From Daphnia carinata (lineage: Eukaryota): 64,000 nt of DNA. Where the stretch lies: positions 11,098,001 to 11,162,000 of the forward strand of contig NC_081333.1 of the NCBI RefSeq assembly GCF_022539665.2. Direction: 5' to 3'. Made by a program: the position numbers and the translations under genes. A model generated the notes under the pieces. That model did not search any database and was not told the DNA's origin. It saw only the letters and a list, made by a program, of their open reading frames with translations. Shown piece after piece: positions 58,144 through 64,000 of the stretch (positions within the stretch are counted from its first letter, which is position 1; the number at the start of each line of letters is the position of its first letter).

Positions 58144-59576
58144 GAGGGCAACCTGCGGGGGCCGAAGAGAACACGGGACATCGGGGGATCATCGCGGGAG
58201 CTACAAGATCGTCGCGCAAAAAGGTATCATTGATAAGTTAAAATGTACTAATTGTTTTTTTTTGTATTTTATGTTTTTAGATTGGCCGGCCCACACCGAA
58301 GAGGCCCAACGTGGATCGTCGTGGGAGCTGCAAGATCGCCGTGGGATCGTCGAGATCGTCGCCAGTAAGGTATCATTGATAAATTAAAGTGTACTAATTG
58401 TGTTTTTTTGTATTTTATGTATCTAGATTGGCCGGCCAAAGGACCGAAAAGGCCCAACGTGGATCATCGTGGGAGCTACAAGATCGCCGTGGGATCGTCG
58501 AGATCGTCGCCAGTAAGGTATCAGTGATAAATTAAAGTGTACTAATTGTGTTTTTTTGTATTTTATGTATCTAGATTGGCCGGCCAAAGGACCGAAAAGG
58601 CCCAACGTGGATCGTCGTGGGAGCTACAAGATCGCCGTGGGATCGTCGAGATCGTCGCCAGTAAGGTATCAGTGATAAATTAAAGTGTACTAATTGTGTT
58701 TTTTTGTATTTTATGTATCTAGATTGGCCGGCCAAAGGACCGAAAAGGCCCAACGTGGATCGTCGTGGGAGCTACAAGATCGCCGTGGGATCGTCGAGAT
58801 CGTCGCCAGTAAGGTATCAGTGATAAATTAAAGTGTACTAATTGTGTTTTTTTGTATTTTTTGTATCTAGATTGGCCGGCTAAAGGACCGAAAAGGCCCA
58901 ACGTGGATCGTCGTGGGAGCTACAAGATCGCCGTGGGATCGTCGAGATCGTCGCCAGTAAGGTATCAGTGATAAATTAAAGTGTACTAATTGTGTTTTTT
59001 TGTATTTTATGTATCTAGATTGGCCGGCCAAAGGACCGAAAAGGCCCAACGTGGATCGTCGTGGGAGCTACAAGATCGCCGTGGGATCGTCGAGATCGTC
59101 GCCAGTAAGGTATCAGTGATAAATTAAAGTGTACTAATTGTGTTTTTTTGTATTTTATGTATCTAGATTGGCCGGCCAAAGGACCGAAAAGGCCCAACGT
59201 GGATCGTCGTGGGAGCTACAAGATCGCCGTGGGATCGTCGAGATCGTCGCCAGTAAGGTATCAGTGATAAATTAAAGTGTACTAATTGTGTTTTTTTGTA
59301 TTTTATGTATCTAGATTGGCCGGCCAAAGGACCGAAAAGGCCCAACGTGGATCGTCGTGGGAGCTACAAGATCGCCGTGGGATCGTCGAGATCGTCGCCA
59401 GTAAGGTATCAGTGATAAATTAAAGTGTACTAATTGTGTTTTTTTGTATTTTATGTATCTAGATTGGCCGGCCCACACCGAAGAGGCCCATCAGGATCGT
59501 CGCTGGAGCAACTAGATCGCCGTGGGACGCAGGGACACCGAGGATCGCCGCCCAGCCCCGAGATTCTGCCCATTAA
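58144..59576 (+). repeat. 148-bp tandem array: 7 near-identical units (58427-59462) plus diverged flanking units; each unit is a GC-rich exon-like half and an AT-rich intron-like half
   Basis: Unit starts at 58427, 58575, 58723, 58871, 59019, 59167, 59315, with variants at 58144, 58281 and 59463; each has a GT donor, TACTAAT branch point, pyrimidine tract and TAG acceptor. Confidence 0.95.
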
Positions 59577-61590
59577 GATAATGGAAAATCAGAAGATGGT
59601 ACGGATGAGTATTGCCAAATCGGCATTTTTCTTACTTATTCTTGCTGTGATGTGTGTGTTTTAAAAATGTCTCCTCCGAGCCCTTTTGCCTTACCTCTGT
59701 TTTCCCTTCAAGCACTATGGATTATCGTCATTGCACCATGCCTTTACCTCGAACTGAGCACGCAACTTCACTACACATTTAACTCACGGTTCGTTGCCTG
59801 TTTGTTTTACCTTCCATGCACCAGTAGGTAGGCTTGTTTTTAGGTAATATAACTCCGCACTTTACACCGGTATCTCACTTAAATATTGGTTGGTGTAGGT
59901 TTACTAATACTAATTGCTTTCAGGACAAACAGGAAAACGAAATAAACGTATTCGCTTTGTCCAGCGTTGAAAACAAATCAATTTTGGAGTAGCGCCTTGA
60001 AACAGTTTGGCTTTTATTCTTATATTTTTAAAAGATAGTTGCGCAAGAAAAAAAATTGACAACCCTTTTACATAAGCGATTGCTTGGTGTCGTGTTGCGC
60101 ACCCCGATTGGGCAAACTGATTGAAATCCTATAGGGCATGGGGCCAATATAAGGCAGCCCTTAACCTATCCGACCCGCCCCGAAAACCGGCATAATCACC
60201 ATGGTTGATGCTGGGTCGAGCCGGCATCCTGCTATGATCTAGGGCTGGCCAGTAAGGACCTAGGATCATTGTAGTTCCAGGCGGGGATTTCCTACGTTGT
60301 GAATTGTAATTAAAACAAGAAGAGGCTTCATGCCTGGCAATCTTCGTTGTTTACCTGTACAGTCTGTAGCTACTGTGTGTGGCTTGTTGTTGTTACATGT
60401 CATTTCACATTTGTTTGATAGCATTAAACAAAATGACATAGTCACTTGCAACCATAATTGTTTGTGATTACATCAATGCCGAAGTAAGTGCTACACTGGT
60501 AAGTGTTTCCATTATTCACCTAATTAACTTTGTAACCAAATTTTTAAGTTTTGGTTTAATTAGAATCAGATGGTTTGATTCCTGTGAAAAGTTTTTAATT
60601 GTAAGTAATGGCAAGTGCAAAGACAATCATGATGGATGTTGATAAGTGTAGTACAAGAATTAATTACATTATTAAATGACATATCAAGTCATACTTGTGA
60701 AAGTATGACTATACTTCAGAGGTAATGTGTATTACTATGCAATATCTTATATTGTTTCTACAACAATGGGACAATCACCGCGTAGAACAGTCAAGATCTT
60801 AAAAGGTTATTAATTGAGGATTTGGATAATCATCATGGACTAGCCACTCAACAGGTGTTTTATGACGATCTAAGGTAATAATCACATATTCATATATGTT
60901 TGAAGGATAAACAGTAAACATTTTGAGCGCAGTCTTATATTTGTCATTCTAGTGCTATCGAAACGGTGCGTTTTGGCGTCACTCCATGTGACCGACTATA
61001 AGAACCTTGGTCGCGGTGCTGGCTATGGAATTTTCCCTGTATCGACAAACGTAAACTGAACGGTTCCGTAATTCGCTTGTGGTGGAATTGTGTGATTTTT
61101 CACATTTACCCCTAAAATTCAAACCATTCGTTGCCGTGGCAGTTCTGATACTACTAAAGTGATTATTCACGCTGGATTGCAATACGACGAACGTACGTAG
61201 TAGTACACAAGAGCTTCGAAAAACAACCTAATCAAAGTTGGATTGCTTAGTATGAAAAACACAACCCAACCCAATCCAACAGAATTCATCTGGGGTCTCT
61301 TCTGTCGTAGTGAGTACATTAATTATACGTATTTTAATTTTGTTTGTAATGAAAGGGAAAACATGGAGCGTGTTTCCCAGTTGAACTAGGAATTCCGAAA
61401 AAATCACAGTGAACTTAAGATGAGATACTGTTAGAGAGCCTTACGTTTACATCTGGTGTAATTCTGAAATAGGTAATCAAAGACAAGCGTTGCTATCGCA
61501 ATTATTAATTGTTTTTACCATTCTAATGTGACGGATGTAGTTCAATATCATTGTATCGTAAACTTGTAAAGAAACAAACAAAAGGTAAAA

Positions 61591-64000
61591 TTAAGAAAAG
61601 AATGGTTCATCTTTATGCCACAATTCTTCGAGTGCTTGATGAACAACGGAACTAGTTTCGAAACGTTCATTCCAGGACTGGATCATTCCTGAAACATTTG
61701 CACTATATTCCAATAGCCGAACAGCCTCTCCTGGAAAGTTAACACAAAAAACGTCAATTTTTAACATCTTTTCAGTTAATAGGATTTTTCCCCCTACCTT
61801 CCAGACAAGTGTTAGACTGAACGAAAATCTTCCTGGGTTGCTTCTTTTCGAGGATAAGCGATCTCCACTCAGCAAATGGATAAGGACCCGTTGAAGATAC
61901 TTCTGAGTATTTGGCATACATAGCTCGAGCAGCTTCCAAATTGCCAGTCGACTTATAAATCTTCAACATACACAAAGTTGTGTTAGAAAATAGAAAAAAA
62001 AAATCTAACGAAAATCAAATAGATTACTTGTAGTTTTCGCAGGAAATTGCCAATGGCTTCTTTTCCAACGGTGCCGATTTTTGTCCTGTCGAGCGAAAGC
62101 AAGAAATCATCTCTGCCGTCACTTCCGATTACTTTGGCAACTTTTACCAAACCCTGGCCTGCTTCCAAAAGTACTTGGAGGATAACGTATCGCGCTTGGG
62201 AATGAGCCTGTAACGTTCAAGAGTGACAAACGAAAACAGCGAGTGAAAAATTTTCTATAAAGCAGACCTGCATCCATGATTGTGTTTTGGGATTGTAAAA
62301 TTCCATGGCTCTTGTTGACCCATTCAACAGTAGACTAAGCCAGTTCACGTAAATAATATCTTGTGCCTTATCACCTTCGTGACCAAAAATCCTAGAGGGA
62401 AAAAAAAGTGTTAATATTTTAGTGAAATCGAGTTTTCGGAAACAGTTACTTGAGGACGTCTTCGTTGAGAGACAAATAGAGACCGACACATTCTGCGCGG
62501 CATTCTTCATACGATGACGAAATGGTGGAAAACTTAGAATCGTATGTTTCTCCCTCTTCATACCAAGACAACTATAACACATCCCGAAACAGTATGGTAA
62601 GAAGAACAAGATTGGACAAGTCTTTTAACGTATACCTTCTCATCGCCCAACGATGCTTTAACGCTCTCCATGTCGAAGTTGTAGGTACCGTCAGGGTTTT
62701 GACGAAATAGCTTACCACTACCGTGACCCAATAATTCGTGCAAACCTACTTGCAGCTCAAACGATTCGGTGTTGTGGCTGATCAGCAACTTCTTATCTTC
62801 CTCCGAAATGAAGAAAATATTGGGATCTTTGTAAGAGGCAGGAATCACGTTACCCAATGAAACATTTTTGAACCCTTCGTCCTGGCGAATTTCACCGTCT
62901 AAAAGAACACTAGGTAAATACGCGAACAGATAGCTTAACAAAACAAATAAATAATCTTTACAGTTTGGAATGTTAATCCCAGCTGGAATGCCACTGCCAC
63001 TAAAAGTAAGTACATCCAGAGATGTGAAATCTGGTTTCAGATATTTGTCGGTCTCCAACGTCGACGGCCATGGAAGTAGTGGCAAGAAGTTCTCGGCACC
63101 AGCCACTAACGTTCCGAACTTGGCAGACATTACTTTGTTGACAACTGCAACAAAACCTTCAAATTCACCACGCATACCCGCCGGATCACGGTAAGTTTCA
63201 ATAAAACCGATGTATCTACACAAATGGATTACATAAGAAAAATTTCCTGCTTAAGCTTTAAAATTGCAAAGTTTTACGTTTCAATTACTGGTCCTTTGTT
63301 TTGAACCCAATGACGCGATCCATTTTTATGATCAGTCAGTGAACCCGTGGTAAACGACTTGATGTATTCCGTTAGCATAGCAACTTCAACGTCGTTCGAA
63401 GCATAGCTCTAGGGGAATTGTTAGCAAATGAAATAAATACCATAGAAACGAACACAATTACAGAAAGGCAAAATACCTTAGCTTTTTCTAGCTCTTCAAC
63501 AACTAGTTTCAATAGTGGAGAATAATCTCCGCGTGTCACGCAGAACTGATAACCTTCGAATGTTTCTGGCTCGCGTGTAATACCGTCCATAGATCCAGTT
63601 TCAACGGAGGCCAAACGGATCTAATGGTAATAATAAATCTCGTGCGAAATGCGAGAGCCACAATCGGATTTTACCTCGTATTTTGTTACACCATTTGCTT
63701 CGGTTTTAACTACGCGGTTATTATAACCTTCCATTTGGATTGACTTGAAATAGCGGCTAACAATATCGGCATCTTCACTTGTGCAATTAGACGAGAAGTA
63801 TGTTGTAGTTCCTTTATCACCAAGGCCAAGATGGCACTTCTTGGGGCTCAAATCATAGACCAAATCTTTGATACGGTTCCACACCTTGATCAAATCTGTA
63901 TTCTTCTGGAAAGCTTTTGTGGCAAGTAAAAATTTCTCAAGCTTATCGGCAGCAAGATTTGGAATTATTTTTGAATCTCCAAAGCTTTTGTAATTTCCCA
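61591..64000 (-). CDS. DPP3: Dipeptidyl peptidase III (M49 family), 5' end outside the window
   Basis: [37 protein letters not shown], zinc motifs HELLGH and EECRAE. Confidence 0.96.

Noticed and set aside
58269..59345. Repeated 60-aa minus-strand ORFs, and the array as a possible CRISPR locus
   Set aside because: The ORFs are by-products of the repeat and splice signals point to the plus strand. Units are identical along their full length with no variable spacers, there are no cas genes and the context is eukaryotic.

Overview
Compact, AT-rich eukaryotic DNA with many ~55-90 bp introns, most consistent with a branchiopod crustacean such as Daphnia (inference). Bases 1-47.3 kb hold conserved genes: BAF, striatin, a divergent AP-4 sigma (AP4S1)-like gene seen only in part by the ORF track, CNIH4, PP2A-B56/widerborst, four clustered DXD (GT32-like) glycosyltransferases, Rrp46/EXOSC5, protein kinase D and a DEG/ENaC channel. 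DPP3 runs off the right end. Bases 47.3-61.5 kb are accessory. They contain a ~5 kb element with TATGG termini and mirror symmetry (two decayed paralogous genes, ~390 bp near-identical hairpin-rich inverted arms, three tRNA-like sequences), a ~2 kb foldback transposon with an 8-bp TSD, and a 148-bp tandem array whose unit looks like one exon plus one intron. The most interesting items are the palindromic element, the exon-intron array that could be read in rotating frames, and the striatin-AP4S1-PKD neighbourhood that resembles the vertebrate arrangement. All alignments and splice calls were made by eye; human gene positions and transposon rules are recalled, not searched.
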